Below are positions 36,507 through 49,537 of a stretch of DNA of 64,000 nucleotides, piece by piece (the first letter of the stretch is position 1; each line of letters opens with the position of its first letter). A program made the translations under genes and the position numbers. Source of the stretch: Octopus sinensis (taxonomy: Eukaryota); NCBI RefSeq assembly GCF_006345805.1, contig NC_043000.1, forward strand, positions 42,036,001 to 42,100,000, read 5' to 3'. The notes under the pieces were generated by a model. The model was not told the DNA's origin, searched no databases, and saw nothing but the letters and a program-made list of their open reading frames with translations.

Positions 36507-37207
36507 CTACAGACAATGCACATAAAGAAACAAACATAAAATATAAAACAAACATATATTTTAAAATATGCTAGGCAAAACGTGTGGAATAATTTATTTT
36601 TTACTCTAGGTATAAAGCCCGAAATGTTTGGGGAGGGTCCAATTGATTTGATTGACCCCAATATGCAACTGGAATTTGAACTCAGAACGTAAAGACAGAC
36701 GAAATACTGTTAAGCATTTCACCCGGCGTGCTAACGTTTCTGCCAGCTCACTGCCTTAAAATGTGTAAGATAATGTCAAGTCAATTACTAAAAACAAAGG
36801 GAAAATGTTTAAACAGTTAGCATATTAATTACTCTAACAGGTAATTCAGTAAAAATTTAGATGCAATTGAATATGGTACTTAAGTTAAAGGCACCAGAAT
36901 TTGGTATGGTATTATCCATATAATTCAAATTGGGGTGGTTATAAGCAACAAGGATATCCAGTCTCATCAACAGAAACATGGTACTACCATGTTTCTGTTG
37001 ATGGGACTGGTCTCTCTGTCTATCTACTTACCCTCTTTGTGATGTTGGAAAATGGAATAAGTATAAAAATGAATCTTTTCAATTAAACTAAAAATTCCAT
37101 ATGAAGCTGAAGATTGCTCTACCTTTTAAAACTTGCATTGTTTAATTAAATGAAGTCGCATGAAATTATTGTACTGCATTACCTTCGGATATCCTTGTTG
37201 CTTATTT

Positions 37208-37275
<68 letters not shown>

Positions 37276-37288
37276 ATATATAATGTAT

Positions 37289-38360
37289 TATCTCTCTTCG
37301 CTATGTCCCCCCTTCCCATAACCATCATCGCCATGGTCCTCTATGCCCCCCCCTCCCCAAAACCATCATCGCCATACATAAAAGAGCCATCGCATTTATC
37401 GTTAACCCCACTCGCTTCAAAATATCTAAAGAATACGCACAGATCATGAATGGCTAAAAGTTAAGTGAATCGTCAACCTCGCTACGACTACCTTCTTTCT
37501 TGCACTTATCCTTATTCTTTCTCTATTCTTCAATTTCCATCTCATTGTATTGTCACTCATTCTTTCAGTATTCCCTCATTACCCTGTCTAGCTCAAACAT
37601 TTTTTTCGTTTTTTAGACTTGTCTCCAGGTTCATAGCCACTCTGATTTTTCAATTTTTCAATTTTTCGTTTAGTATTGTCTCCCGATTCATACAAACCCA
37701 TTTGCTAGCTCACGATTAACAGAACCTCTTTACTCAGCTACGGTGTTATATTAGCTATCAATAATGATATTCCCTCCGATTTTTCTGATTTTCAAACCTA
37801 TTTATCTAATGTTTATTTATCGACAATGCCGTCCCCAGTCAAATTCCCTCACACCGCTTATTGTCACGTGTCCCTTGACCTCTCTCTCTAACTAACCGTA
37901 TCTCTCTCTCGCTATGTCCCCCCTTCCCATAACCATCATCGCCATGGTCTCTATGCCCCCCCCTCCCCAAACCATCATCGCCATACATAAAAGAGCCATC
38001 GCATTTATCGTTAACCCCACTCGCTTCAAAATATCTAAAGAATACGCACAGATCATGAATGGCTAAAAGTTAAGTGAATCGTCCAACCTCGCTACGACTA
38101 CCTTCTTTCTTGCACTTATCCTTATTCTTTCTCTATTCTTCAATTTCCATCTCATTGTATTGTCACTCATTCTTTCAGTATTCCCTCATTACCCTGTCTA
38201 GCTCAAACATTTTTTTCGTTTAGACTTGTCTCCAGGTTCATAGCCACTCTGATTTTTCAATTTTTCAATTTTTCAATTTTTCGTTTAGTATTGTCTCCCG
38301 ATTCATACAAACCCATTTGCTAGCTCACGATTAACAGAACCTCTTTACTCAGCTACGGTG
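37289..38360 (+). repeat. Direct duplication of a ~460-bp unit (37289-37745 and 37899-38360) immediately 5' of the RTE
   Basis: Both copies run from TCTCTC(T)TCGCTATGTCCCCC to ACTCAGCTACGGTG and differ only by small indels. Confidence 0.9.
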
Positions 38361-41300
38361 CACCCGCCCTCCAACCCCCACCACGCATGCCGGAAGTTCC
38401 TATTCTCTTCCATTCCGGGGTTGCTTCCCATGAAGACTGCAAATGCTCTCACCATCCATACCCCTCCCTACCCCTAGTCTCGACCTATGTAAGGTAATGT
38501 TCATACAGTGCAAAATATGAAAGGCTAGCGTTATGCAGGTTGTACTGAAGGCTACTTTACTACTTCATTTCTTGCACATGAATTCTGCCAAATGCGAGCT
38601 TTCTTTTCAGGTACACGAAGCTACTGTCCACCGTCCCAGGGTCTCTAGAGCCCATGCCTTCCACACCCTCAGGGTTGGCACCCTCAACGTTGGCACTCTG
38701 AAAGGTAGGTCTGGTGAGATAGTCGAGATGCTTGAACGGAGATGTGTGGATATATGTTGCATGCAAGAAATAAGGTGGAGAGGAGGATCAGCTAGGTTCC
38801 TCACAGGCAAGGAACGCAGGTACAAGATTTTCTGGGCAGGGAACACTGACGGGGTTGGTGGCGTGGGTATACTTATCGCTGAGAAATGGGTAGATAAAGT
38901 AATTGAGGTAATCAGAGTAAGTGACAGAATACTTAAGATTAGATTAGTGCTTCATCATAGTTTAGCAACCATTATATCAGCCTATGCTCCTCAGTCGGGG
39001 CTACCCGATGGACAGAAAGACCGATTCTATGACACTCTACTGCAGACTACCTCATTGACGAACGACAGAGACCTTATCTTTGTGGCTGGTGACTTCAATG
39101 GTCACGTTGGACGACATGCTGGGGGCTTCCATGGCGTACATGGAAGCTATGGCTATGGCTCCCGCAACGAGGAGGGAACCAGGCTGCTGGAGTTCTGCGA
39201 TGCAAATAATCTTATGATTTGCAACACTAACTTCAGGAAACCTACCAGCCACCTAGTCACTTACCAATCGGGCCAACATACCAGCCAAATTGACTACATC
39301 CTTACAAGGCAAAGGGAGAGATGGCTGCTTATAAATGCCAAAACCTTCCCAGGTGAAGAATGTACCCCACAACATAGACTGGTAGTTAGTGACTTTAGGA
39401 TCAGGACTAGGAGGACAACCAGAAGACGACAAATATGGAGAAGAAGGATCTGGAAGCTTAAAGATCCTGCAAATGGACAGAGATTTAGGGACATATTACT
39501 TGAAGCCTCTGACGAAGTAGAAGGGGATAGAGCATCACAGGGGGTAGAAGACAGCTGGACGTTTCTAAGGGACAACCTGCTGAGAGCCACTGACCAGATC
39601 TGTGGCTGGTGCAAAGTCCCCTCTCGACCTAGAATAACGTGGTGGTGGAACAATATTGTAGACAGGGCTATTAGAGAAAAGAGACAGGCTTGGAAGGTCT
39701 GGAAAAATGGGGGTAGCAGGGAATTGTATCAGACTGCCAAAGAGAAGCTAGGAGACAGGTTTATTTAGCCAGAGGGGAAGCAGATAAGAAAAAATTTGCC
39801 AATGTTCTGCGCCGTGAGGACCAAAGACTGGAGGTGTTTCGTGTTGCAAGACAGTGTTGAGAGAGAATCGTGATGTGGTAGGAGAGAAGTGTGTTCGCAT
39901 GGAAGATGGTTCACTTGCGCTAAATGAGGATGCGAAGAGAGAGGTTTGGAGATGCCACTATGAAAGGTTGCTGAATGAAGAAAATGAATGGGATAAAGAG
40001 AGTCTGCCGAATGTTGACCCAACAGAGGGACCAGCTATCCGAGTTGATAGTTCTGTGGTAGCTAAGGCAATTAGAAGCATGAAGACAGGGAAAGCCCCAG
40101 GCCCATCAGGAATCACTGCAGAGATGCTCAAAATGTCTGGTAGTGTCGGCTATAGCCTAGTCACCCATATAGTTAATCAGGTGATACACAAAGGGGTCAT
40201 ACCCAATGACTGGTGTAGCAGTATAATAGTCAACTGCTACAAAGGTAAAGGTGATGCCCTAGATACAAATAACTACAGAGGTATCAAGCTGTTGGACCAG
40301 GTGATGAAGGTTACGGAGAGGGTCATAGCCCAACTAATTAGAGAGAGAGTTAGTTTAGATGAGATGCAGTTTGGGTTTGTGCCAGGGAAAAGTACTACTG
40401 ATGCTATATTCCTGGTAAGGCAGCTGCAGGAGAAATACCTAGCCAAAGATAAGCCCCTGTACCTGGCTTTTGTTGACATGGAGAAAGCCTTCGACAGGGT
40501 CCCCCGATCCCTTATCTGGTGGGCAATGAGAAAACTAGGGATAGATGAATGGTTAGTGAGAGCTGTGCGGCCATGTATAGGGACGCCGCTAGTAGGGTGA
40601 GGGTTGGAAATGAGTACAGTGAAGAATTCCGGGTAGAGGTAGGGGTCCACCAAGGCTCAGTACTCAGCCCCCTCCTATTTATCATAGTCCTCCAGGCAAT
40701 AACGGAGGAATTCAAGACAGGATGCCCTTGGGAGCTCCTCTATGCTGATGACCTTGCTCTAATTGCTGAGTCGCTATCAGAACTGGAGGAGAAGTTTCAG
40801 GTGTGGAAAAAGGATTAGAATCGAAGGGCCTCAGAGTCAATCTAGCTAAAACCAAAGTCGTAATCAGTAGGAAGGTAGACAAATCACAAACACCTTCAGG
40901 TAGATGGCCCTGCTCGATCTGTAGAAAAGGTGTAGGTAGAAACTCTATAAGATGCACCAAGTGTAAGCTATGGACACATAAGAGATGCAGCAATGTCAAA
41001 GGAAGGCTAACTAGGAAGATGGTTTTTATATGTGGCAGATGCTCAGGAACAATAAACACTGAAAATGCTCTGAGACCAACTTCCGTCACTTTCCAGGGAG
41101 AAAAACTAGAAATAGTTGATAGTTTCCGTTACCTAGGTGACCAAGTCAGCAGCGGGGGTGGGTGTGCTGAAAGTGTAACTGCTAGAGTAAGAATAGCTTG
41201 GGCAAAGTTCAGAGAGCTCTTACCTCTGCTGGTGACAAAAGGCCTCTCGCACAGAGTGAAAGGCAGACTGTATGATGCGTGTGTACGAACAGCCATGCTA

Positions 41301-42306
41301 CATGGCAGTGAAACATGGGCCGTGACTGCTGAGGATATGCGTAAGCTCGCTAGAAATGAAGCCAGTATGCTCCGATGGATGTGTAATGCCGGTACTCACA
41401 CTCGGCAGAGTGTAAGTACCTTGAGAGAAAAGCTGGACCTAAGAAGCATCAGTTGTGGTGTGCAAGAGAGACGTTTGCGCTGGTATGGTCATGTGGCGAG
41501 AATGGATGAAGATAGTTGTGTGAAAAAGTGCCACACCCTAGCGGTTGAGGGAACCTGTGGAAGAGGCAGACCCAGGAAAACCTGGGACGAGGTGGTGAAG
41601 CACGACCTTCGAACTTTAGGTCTCACTGAGGAAATGACTAGAGACCGAGACCTCTGGAAGTGTGCTGTGCGCGAGAAGACCCGGCAGGACAAGTGAGTCC
41701 ACAACCCGTGGCCTTCTACATGGGATGGAGCCAGCCTACGTATGCATACCTTCCCTTCTTGGGACACAAAACTCTACTTGTGAAGACGTGTTGAGGCAAG
41801 TGAGGATCAGAATCGAAATCGATCAATGGAAATTGCGGATGTGCTACCAGTGCCGGTGGCATGTCGAAACTCTGCTTGTGAAGACCCATTGAGGCAAGTG
41901 AGGATCAGAATCGAAATCGATCAATGGAAATCGATCAATGGAAATTGCAGATGTGTTACCAGTGCCGGTGGCATGTAAGAGAACTTTCCGTTTCGCGACC
42001 GTTGCCAGCACCGCCCCGTTTCGTGTCCGTTGCCAGCCTCGCCTGGCCCTCGTGCCGGTGGCACATAAAAAGCACCATCCGTTCGTGGCCGTTTGCCAGC
42101 TCTGTCTGGCACCAGTGCGGGTGGCACGTAAAAAGCACCCACTACACTCACGGAGTGGTTGGCGTTAGGAAGGGCATCCAGCCGTAGAAACACTGCCAGA
42201 TTTGACTGGGCCTGATGAAGCCTTCTGGCTTCACAGACCCCAGTAGAACCGTCCAACCCATGCTAGCATGGAAAACGGACGCTAAATGATGATGATGATG
42301 ATGATA
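38361..42306 (+). mobile_element. Near full-length RTE LINE ending in a (GAT)n tail
   Basis: ORF as above, then a 3' UTR with internal repeats, the conserved ...CCAACCCATGCTAGCATGGAAAACGGACGCTAAA end and (GAT)n; 5' boundary uncertain. Confidence 0.85.
38533..41696 (+). CDS. RTE-clade LINE ORF (APE endonuclease, RT, PHD finger); near-intact, split by a few 1-nt indels
   Basis: GTLNVGTL, MQEIRW, GDFNGHVG, SQIDYIL (APE); GKAPGPSG, NYRGIKLL, QFGF, AFVDMEKAFDRV, GVHQGSVLSPLLF, YADDL, FRYLG (RT); RLRWYGHVARM...GRPRKTW RTE C-terminus. Confidence 0.93.
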
Positions 42307-42402
42307 TGTATAGGGGAAGAATTCACAAAAAAACAAAAGACGAAGACAGGTGGTATAGACAACAAGCAGATGTATTAGTTTAATGCTCGGGAAGTAAAAA
42401 AG

Positions 42403-42438
42403 TCTTTAATGTTTCGAGCCTATGCTCTTCCACAGAAA
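42403..42438 (-). ncRNA. Degenerate second copy of the same minimal hammerhead-like motif (CUGUGGA), in repeat 42311-42515
   Basis: cttt-CTGTGGA-A-GAGC atag GCTC-GAAA-CATT-aaag; stem III is mutated. Confidence 0.45.
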
Positions 42439-42989
42439 GGAACACAAAAAGAAACAAGGAGAGAAAATAAATAATGAGTAGTGGCTAGTGATCTATCATG
42501 GCGAATGCTAGACAGAGAGGTCACACAGAAGAGCGAGGAAGAAGGGGAGATAATAAAGTAATGGTGATCCCAAAACGAAGGTGCACGGGCGTGTGTATAA
42601 GAGAGTATGTATGTGCATGTGGAAGATGGCTGGTGGCCTTGACATGTGTGTGTGTGTATGTGTAGGTGCATGGATGTGGGGCTGAGAAGTGGTCAGTGCT
42701 AGTGTGTGCATGGTGGTGTGATGTGATGTGATGTGGTGTTGTGTGGTGTGGTGGCGTCTGGTGTAGTGGTGTGTGGCGTGATGTTGTTGAGAGTTGGGGG
42801 TGAGTATGCATGCATTTTAGATGCACACACACACTCACACATACACAATCAGTTCACTGAGAAGGTAGTGCATGGGTATTTGGCACAAAAGAACAAGCCA
42901 TAAAAGGAATAAATCACATCTAAAGCTAAACATGGAATGCAGGCAATATTATGACATTCCATTATGAAAACTACCTCCATGCAATCCAT

Positions 42990-43450
42990 GAGCGAGAGAT
43001 CCTCTCCATGTTCCTACAACATAAAAGCAAAAATCATTGATAGACAACAAATGTAGGCCAACTGCAAGGAAATGTCTTTTAAATACTGTCTTCTCATGAG
43101 GCATAATGCAGAGGCTAGAACAATTTGGATCTGAATAAGACAAAAAGCAGTTGGCTATATTGAGACCGATGAGTCAAAAGAAAATTGATGGAACTTAAAA
43201 ATTAACAAAATTAAATGGCCACCGAATTAAAACACAATCAACCAGATATTGTTGTACAGGACCATATGACAAAGAACATGCTTTGTTGTGGAAATCAGCT
43301 GCCCTCTGGACACCAATGTAATCAGGAAAATACAGGAGAAAGAAAACACTCAGGAATTATTGATAAGGAGTTAGTAAATCTACTTTCAGTTTCATAACTA
43401 ATATTATTGAAGCAATAGGATATGTAACAACCTGCCTAGAGCAAAGTATG
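42990..43450 (+). mobile_element. Remnant of an RLE-type non-LTR element (R4/Dong/NeSL-like C-terminus)
   Basis: TELKHNQPDIVVQD resembles the HNRPDIVVxD restriction-like endonuclease motif; degraded. Confidence 0.5.
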
Positions 43451-43479
43451 GTAGAACTTGGGCTGTTTCTATTACATAC

Positions 43480-43618
43480 ATCAGAATCTACACACTCTAA
43501 CTTGAGTGTATGTTGAGTGCATCGTACATTTGCAGCACAAATACACACACATTGTATTTGTGCTGTAAATGCACAATGCACTCAACATACACTCAAGTTA
43601 GAGTGTGTAGATTCTGAT
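43480..43618. repeat. Near-perfect palindrome, ~66-bp stem and ~7-nt loop
   Basis: ATCAGAATCTACACACTCTAACTTGAGTGTATGTTGAGTGCAT... is mirrored, with a few mismatches near the loop. Confidence 0.9.
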
Positions 43619-43977
43619 ATATTTAATAGAAACAGAGTTACATATCTAACATAGCTATGATGTCAACTGCACAAATAATTGCTAATGGTACAAGCATTTA
43701 TCATACATTCACTTAAGTATGTGCTTACTTAGACATCTATTGTTATTTATCATTCATTCTAAAGGTCTTATTTAAATTTCATGAGCAACAATATGGGAAT
43801 ATACCTGCAGGTCAAAATAATCCTTTTTTCTTTCCATTTTTTTTTCTACAACACAGCTTATTTATTTCTACTTAGCATTCTATGCTCCATGTATTAAATA
43901 TACATTAACATTAATCTTACTTAATGTTGCTGTGGATGGTATTCTTCATTATTGAATGACTTAAATTCCATACTTAC

Positions 43978-44103
43978 TTTATGCCAACTTCTGAGAAGAT
44001 TCTCTGTTAAATTGGTCATTGCAACATAAGCTTCAGCAGCTCGAGAAGAACTTTCCAGAGTGTTGGTAAGTGTGCGGCGATAAAACTCCAATTCTGTCAT
44101 TTG
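43978..44103 (-). CDS. CFAP47: CFAP47-like exon: QMTELEFYRRTLTNTLESSSRAAEAYVAMTNLTENLLRSWHK
   Basis: taattcAG acceptor, AAA|GTAAGT donor; 126 nt, phase 0-0; QMxxxExxRRxxTxTLESSS motif. Confidence 0.87.
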
Positions 44104-46431
44104 CTGAATTAAAGAAATTACAATAGGATATGAAAATTAGATGATGATGATGATGATGATATTTTCTGAGATGGTATCAGGCAGTGGCTCTTGTGGCTCC
44201 TGATCTTAACTGATTGGAAGTGTTATAACGTACAAGTTTTGTGTTGGAGTAAAAGATGGGCTACAACAAATATTCTGCTCAATACCACAGATTTTCTGGT
44301 CAGTTGTTTGACCTTAACCAGTTGGGCATGTCCCTAAGTAACTGATAATATGTGCATCTCTGGTCGTGTGCAGGAGTAGTGGGGAAGCATTATAGCCCTG
44401 TGCTGAGAACAATTCTTTGGGGTTTGAAAAATTCCCGTTTGGAAACATGGGTATTTTATTCATTATCATTTAACAACTTTTATTCAGAAACCTTGTGAGC
44501 AGGACGAGCAACTCAAACTGAAAAAATTCTAACTGGGTCCCACCTGCAAGGTCATGCACTGTTTATCTTGATATAAGGTTACCATGTTACACACATATGA
44601 GAGATGATGAGTACATTGGGCTTTGTATATTTGTACCCCAGAGTCACTTTGGTGGCATGTGCTGCTCTCTCACTCAATAATAATGATGACAATAATAATA
44701 TTGGTTTCTAAGAAGAGAGCAAGGGAGACATCCTAACTCCCTTTCTCTTTGTGACTCTAGTGAACTACCTTCATAGGCAAAGCCTTGATTGCATGCAAGA
44801 CAACAGCTCCACCATCAAGTAGACGTAATCAAGACATCAGCAGAAAATGAATCTCCCTGGCCTTGACTAAGCTGATGGTTGTACCCTCACAGCTCATCAA
44901 GTGTGTGATGTGTTAGACCTGTTAGCAGACCTGACATCTAGAAAAACAAATGGGGTAGATGGATACAGTATGGTAACTTGTCATACACATATGCACATTT
45001 GTGAGAATGTGTGCATCTGAGGGTAGTCAACAAAACCAAAACAAACAATGAGCATGCATGAAATTAAAAATATAAAATGGTGACAATTTACCCATTGTAC
45101 CCTGTATATGTATATATGTATGTATGTATGTGTGTGTGTGTGTGTGCGCATATATATATATATATTTATACATACATATATATATGTGTGTGTGTGTGTG
45201 TATGTATATATATTCTTTTATTCTTTTACTTGTTTCAGTCATTTGACTGTGGCCATACTGTAGCACCACATTAAAGGGTGCTAGTTGAAGAAATCGACTC
45301 CAGAACTTATTCTTTGTAAGCCTAGTACTTATTTTATTGGTGTCTTTTGCTGAACTGCTAAGTTACAGGGACAAACACACACACAAATATATATATATAT
45401 ACACACAACAGACTTCTTCTAGTTTCTGTCTACCATATCCACTCACAAAGCTTTGGTTGGCCTGAGGCTAGAGTAGAAGACACTTCCTCAAGATGTCATG
45501 TAGTGGGACTGAACCTAAAACCATGTGGTTGAGAAGCAAGCTTTTTACCACACAACCACAACATATATATCGTACAATTTATCAACACTTAAAAGTGGAT
45601 GTTGTGTTAGAATACATAATGATGTGAAATTTATCACAACAGAAACTCTCATTTGGTTCAGTAATGTGTACAAGTACTTCATTGTTTATGTCACCAGCAG
45701 CAGACAATCACCACTACTTCTGCTGCCAATTATATATATCATCATCATCATCATTTAATGTCCACTTTCCATGCTAGCATGGGTTGAACGATTTGACTGA
45801 GGACAGACGAACCAGATGGCTGCGCCAGGCTCCAATCTGATCTGGCAGAGTTTCTACAGCTGGATGCCCTTCCTAATGCCAACCACTCCCAGAGTGTAGT
45901 GGGTGCTTTTATGTGCCACCGGCACGAGGGTCAGTCTGGTGGTACTGGCAATGGCCACACACGAAATGGTGTTTTTTACGTGCCACCTGCACAGGAATCA
46001 GTCCAGCGGCACTGGCAACGACCTTGCTCGAATGTTTTGTTCACATGCCACCAGCACAAGTGCCAGTAAGGCGATGCTGGTAATGATCACGCTCAAATGG
46101 TGCTTTTTACGTGCCACCAGCACGGAAGCCAGACAGCTGCTCTGGCAGTGATCCCACTCGGATGGAGCTGTTAGCGCTCCACTGGCATGGGTGCCAGTCA
46201 TCGAATTTGGTTCAATTTCGAATATATACATGTATATATATATACATATATCTGTAGGGTGATTGGTATTAGGAAGGGCATCTAGCTGTAAAAACCATGC
46301 CAAAACAGAGAGTAAGGCCTGGTGCACTCTTCTGCCTAGCAAACTCTCCAGCTCATAATAGCATAAAAATGGACTTCAAATGATGATAATGAGATATATA
46401 TATATATATATATATATACTTGTAAACATAC

Positions 46432-46598
46432 CATTTTGGCTAACTGAATCAAAGCTTTTTCTTTGGCTGAATTGACTAATGGAATCCAGACGTCTTTCTG
46501 CAAAACCTCCTCCACTTCACACTTCCAGTATACGAGTGTTTTACGTTCTTTGGTACCAACATGTTTCTTTCTCTTTCCAAAATACGGGCTTGATTCCT
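46432..46598 (-). CDS. CFAP47: CFAP47-like exon: EESSPYFGKRKKHVGTKERKTLVYWKCEVEEVLQKDVWIPLVNSAKEKALIQLAKM
   Basis: ttgcAG acceptor, ATG|GTATGT donor; 167 nt, phase 1-0; VYWxC...IPLVNxAxEKAL motif. Confidence 0.83.
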
Positions 46599-46840
46599 CT
46601 GCAATCATCCAAAAATAATAAATAAATAAATAAATAAATAAATGTTATGTTGAGTTGCCAGGTATTTGTTGTGTCGTGTTTTGTATGTTATTTATGTATG
46701 AAACTATTATTAGATTTTGTTTTCCTTTCTACTGTTACAAATTTTATATAGTCAGTGGAGTTTGATATTCCATAGATCCTGCCTCTTCATACTGATTGAT
46801 ATGTGTGTGTGTGAGTGTTTTTGTGTGTGTGTGTATATAT

Positions 46841-46872
<32 letters not shown>

Positions 46873-48391
46873 TTAGCGTCCGCTTTCCCTGCTAGCATGG
46901 GTTGGACGGTTCAACTGGGGTCTGGGAAGTCAGAAGGCTGCACCAGGCCCAGTCTGATCTGGTAGTGTTTCTATGGCTGGATGCCCTTCCTAATGCCAAC
47001 CACTCTGTGAGTGAAGTGGGTGCTTTTTACATGCCACCGGCACAGTTACCAGACGGGGCTGGCAAACGGCCACGGTCGGATGATGCTTTTTACGTGCCAC
47101 CGGCACAGGGGCCAGGCTAGGCTGCCAACGGACATGATCAGATGGTGCTTTTTACATGCCACCAGCACAGGGGCCAGGCAAGATATATATATATATATAC
47201 TTTATTAAAAGGAGTAGTTTTGAATATATGAAATGTACATATTAATTGGTACATTTCCAAAATGGCCTGTAGATGAAAAATTTTGTAATTTTTGCATTTT
47301 TGTATTTTTTCTGTATTTTTCTGGAATTTTGATACGTCATTTTAATATGTCCTTTATATGTTTTATTATCCCAAATTTTTAATTTACCAATGTTTTATAA
47401 CATTAAGCATAAATTCACTGTGTTTTGTATGTAACACTGATTCTTATATATTTATATATATTATATGACTTTTATCTATTTATATATATTATTATATTTA
47501 TATATGTTGGATTTTATATCCATTCTGTAGATATAAATGAATATATGAATATATGTATGTATTTGATCTTTGTGTGTGGATCTTTGTAATGTTCCTTTTG
47601 TTCCTGCTCGCATTGCCCCTGCTCAAATTAAGAAGTGGAATACAGCTCATTTGGAGCACTACAACTCCAGTCTGTATTATATTTTGAGTATTGTTATTAC
47701 TAGCGATCTCAAGATATAACTGCGTACTTTGTATTATATATATATATATATATATATATCTTAGTATATAAAATCCATTCTGTCTGTCTGTGCACTTATA
47801 ACTTGAGAATTGTTCATCTGATCATGCTGAAATTTTAAACATGGATACATGAAAGAGCAGAGCATTCCATAATCTAAACAGATTTTCAAAAACAGGTCAG
47901 TTAATCACAAATTCTTTGTAAACTCCTAAATATATTTCCTTCTGTATATATATATACATATATACCACCAAAATATGACTGTTTTGAACTTATAAATTTC
48001 TGTGTATATATACAGATACTTCTAAACAAACATGATTTTTAATGAAATCCTAATATTCTCAATGAACTTTTTATTTTCCTTGTAAACTGTTTGAACATTT
48101 TTCTTATTATTATCAAAGAATGTATCTATGTATTGTAATATTTTGTGACAACCAGTATTTAACACAAAAAAGTTTTTACAAAGCTTTTACATTTTACTTT
48201 TGACAATCTTTTTCTAAAAAGTGAAACCGGTCAAGTGAATAAACACCTTTTAAAATTGCATTTTCAAACCGAAATTTCATATATATATATATATATGAAA
48301 TATTAAGGGTAGAAAATTTAGAGAAATATTCTACCGGTGGCTAGCGCGCATAATAAAGTCAATAGACAACATATTTTTCATACAAATTCAT

Positions 48392-48510
48392 TGTACATTT
48401 TTATACACAAAAGAGATGACCTTAACAGGACACCTTACATGCTTTAACTGCCCTTTCCAGCATGTAAGGTGTCCTGTTAAGGTCACCTCTTTAGTGTATA
48501 AAAACGTACA
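48392..48510. repeat. Near-perfect palindrome, ~52-bp stem and 15-nt loop
   Basis: TGACCTTAACAGGACACCTTACATGCT is perfectly mirrored, with imperfect extension beyond. Confidence 0.88.
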
Positions 48511-48516
48511 CTTATG

Positions 48517-48562
<46 letters not shown>

Positions 48563-48677
48563 CATACATTGGCGTAGAAACATTGTCAGATCAGACTGGG
48601 TCTGGTGCAGCCTTCTGGCTTCCCAGACCCCAGTTGAACCGTCCAACCCATGCTAGCATGGAAAGCGGACGCTAAAC

Positions 48678-48713
<36 letters not shown>

Positions 48714-49537
48714 ATATACATACACATATATACATACACATATATATATACATATAGATATTTACATATACTTATTTAAATACACATACATATATATATT
48801 TACACACACACACACTTATTTCCTGTTTTCTTATAAGACTCTCATGTTTTGTATGAAGCACTAACTTTTCAAACTCCATTACTCCTTTTATGTTTCCAGA
48901 TCTTCTTAACCTTATCGCAATGAAGTAATAGCAGTAATGGTATGTTGTTCAAGTACCTTGCTCCAAGTCACAATCAGTTATGCGAATATTGCTATAACTG
49001 ATAAAGTTGTTAATGGCAAATTTAAAAATTATATATCATTTAAGTCCAGGGAGATAACACGATATATTTTTCATGTAATGTATATGGGTATTCAGGTTGT
49101 ATTGGAAAAACTTCTATAGTTATTAACTTTTTTTGTGGAATTCTATACAAAATTGGAGTACTGTTGACTAATGCTTTTCTAATTTCACTTCTTGTAACTA
49201 GTGTAATGAGATGTAGTGGCTCCTTGTTGTAAATTTATGGTGTCTTCCAGTAAGAGAGTGCCATGCTTGTTCTTTTTTTCAGACTCCTCATTCAGTTAAA
49301 GATCACCACTTGGCTCAAGGTTACATTTAGCTGAGTTCACTCAGACTCAAGCAGCTGTGCTTGGATCACAGACTGATGATAACTGCTTCTTTTCTCCTGA
49401 CTTGTTTCAAAGCATTGAAAAATATCATGCACTGGTCTTCCTCTTTTAACTAAAATAGATATTGTAGTTCGTTTTTGGATTTGGTTTGCAAGATTCTTTA
49501 TGTGAGTTCGTGTGTTGAAGCATATTCTGTTGTGTCT

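Noticed and set aside
41775-42150. CRISPR-like array in RTE 3' UTR modules
   Set aside because: Eukaryotic context, degenerate repeats, non-unique spacers, no cas genes.
42212-42235. CTGATGA in the RTE 3' UTR as a hammerhead
   Set aside because: No GAAA after the hairpin, and other copies read GGTGCAGCC at this position.
47190-47745. TA-flanked AT-rich segment as another PLE remnant
   Set aside because: It has a CTGTAGATG motif and PLE-like flanks, but no complete ribozyme core or coding motif can be read.
49337-49452. Candidate CFAP47 exon VKRGRPVHDIFQCFETSQ...
   Set aside because: No good donor before the stop, no CFAP47-like motif, and exons 50408-50635 and 46432-46598 already join in phase.
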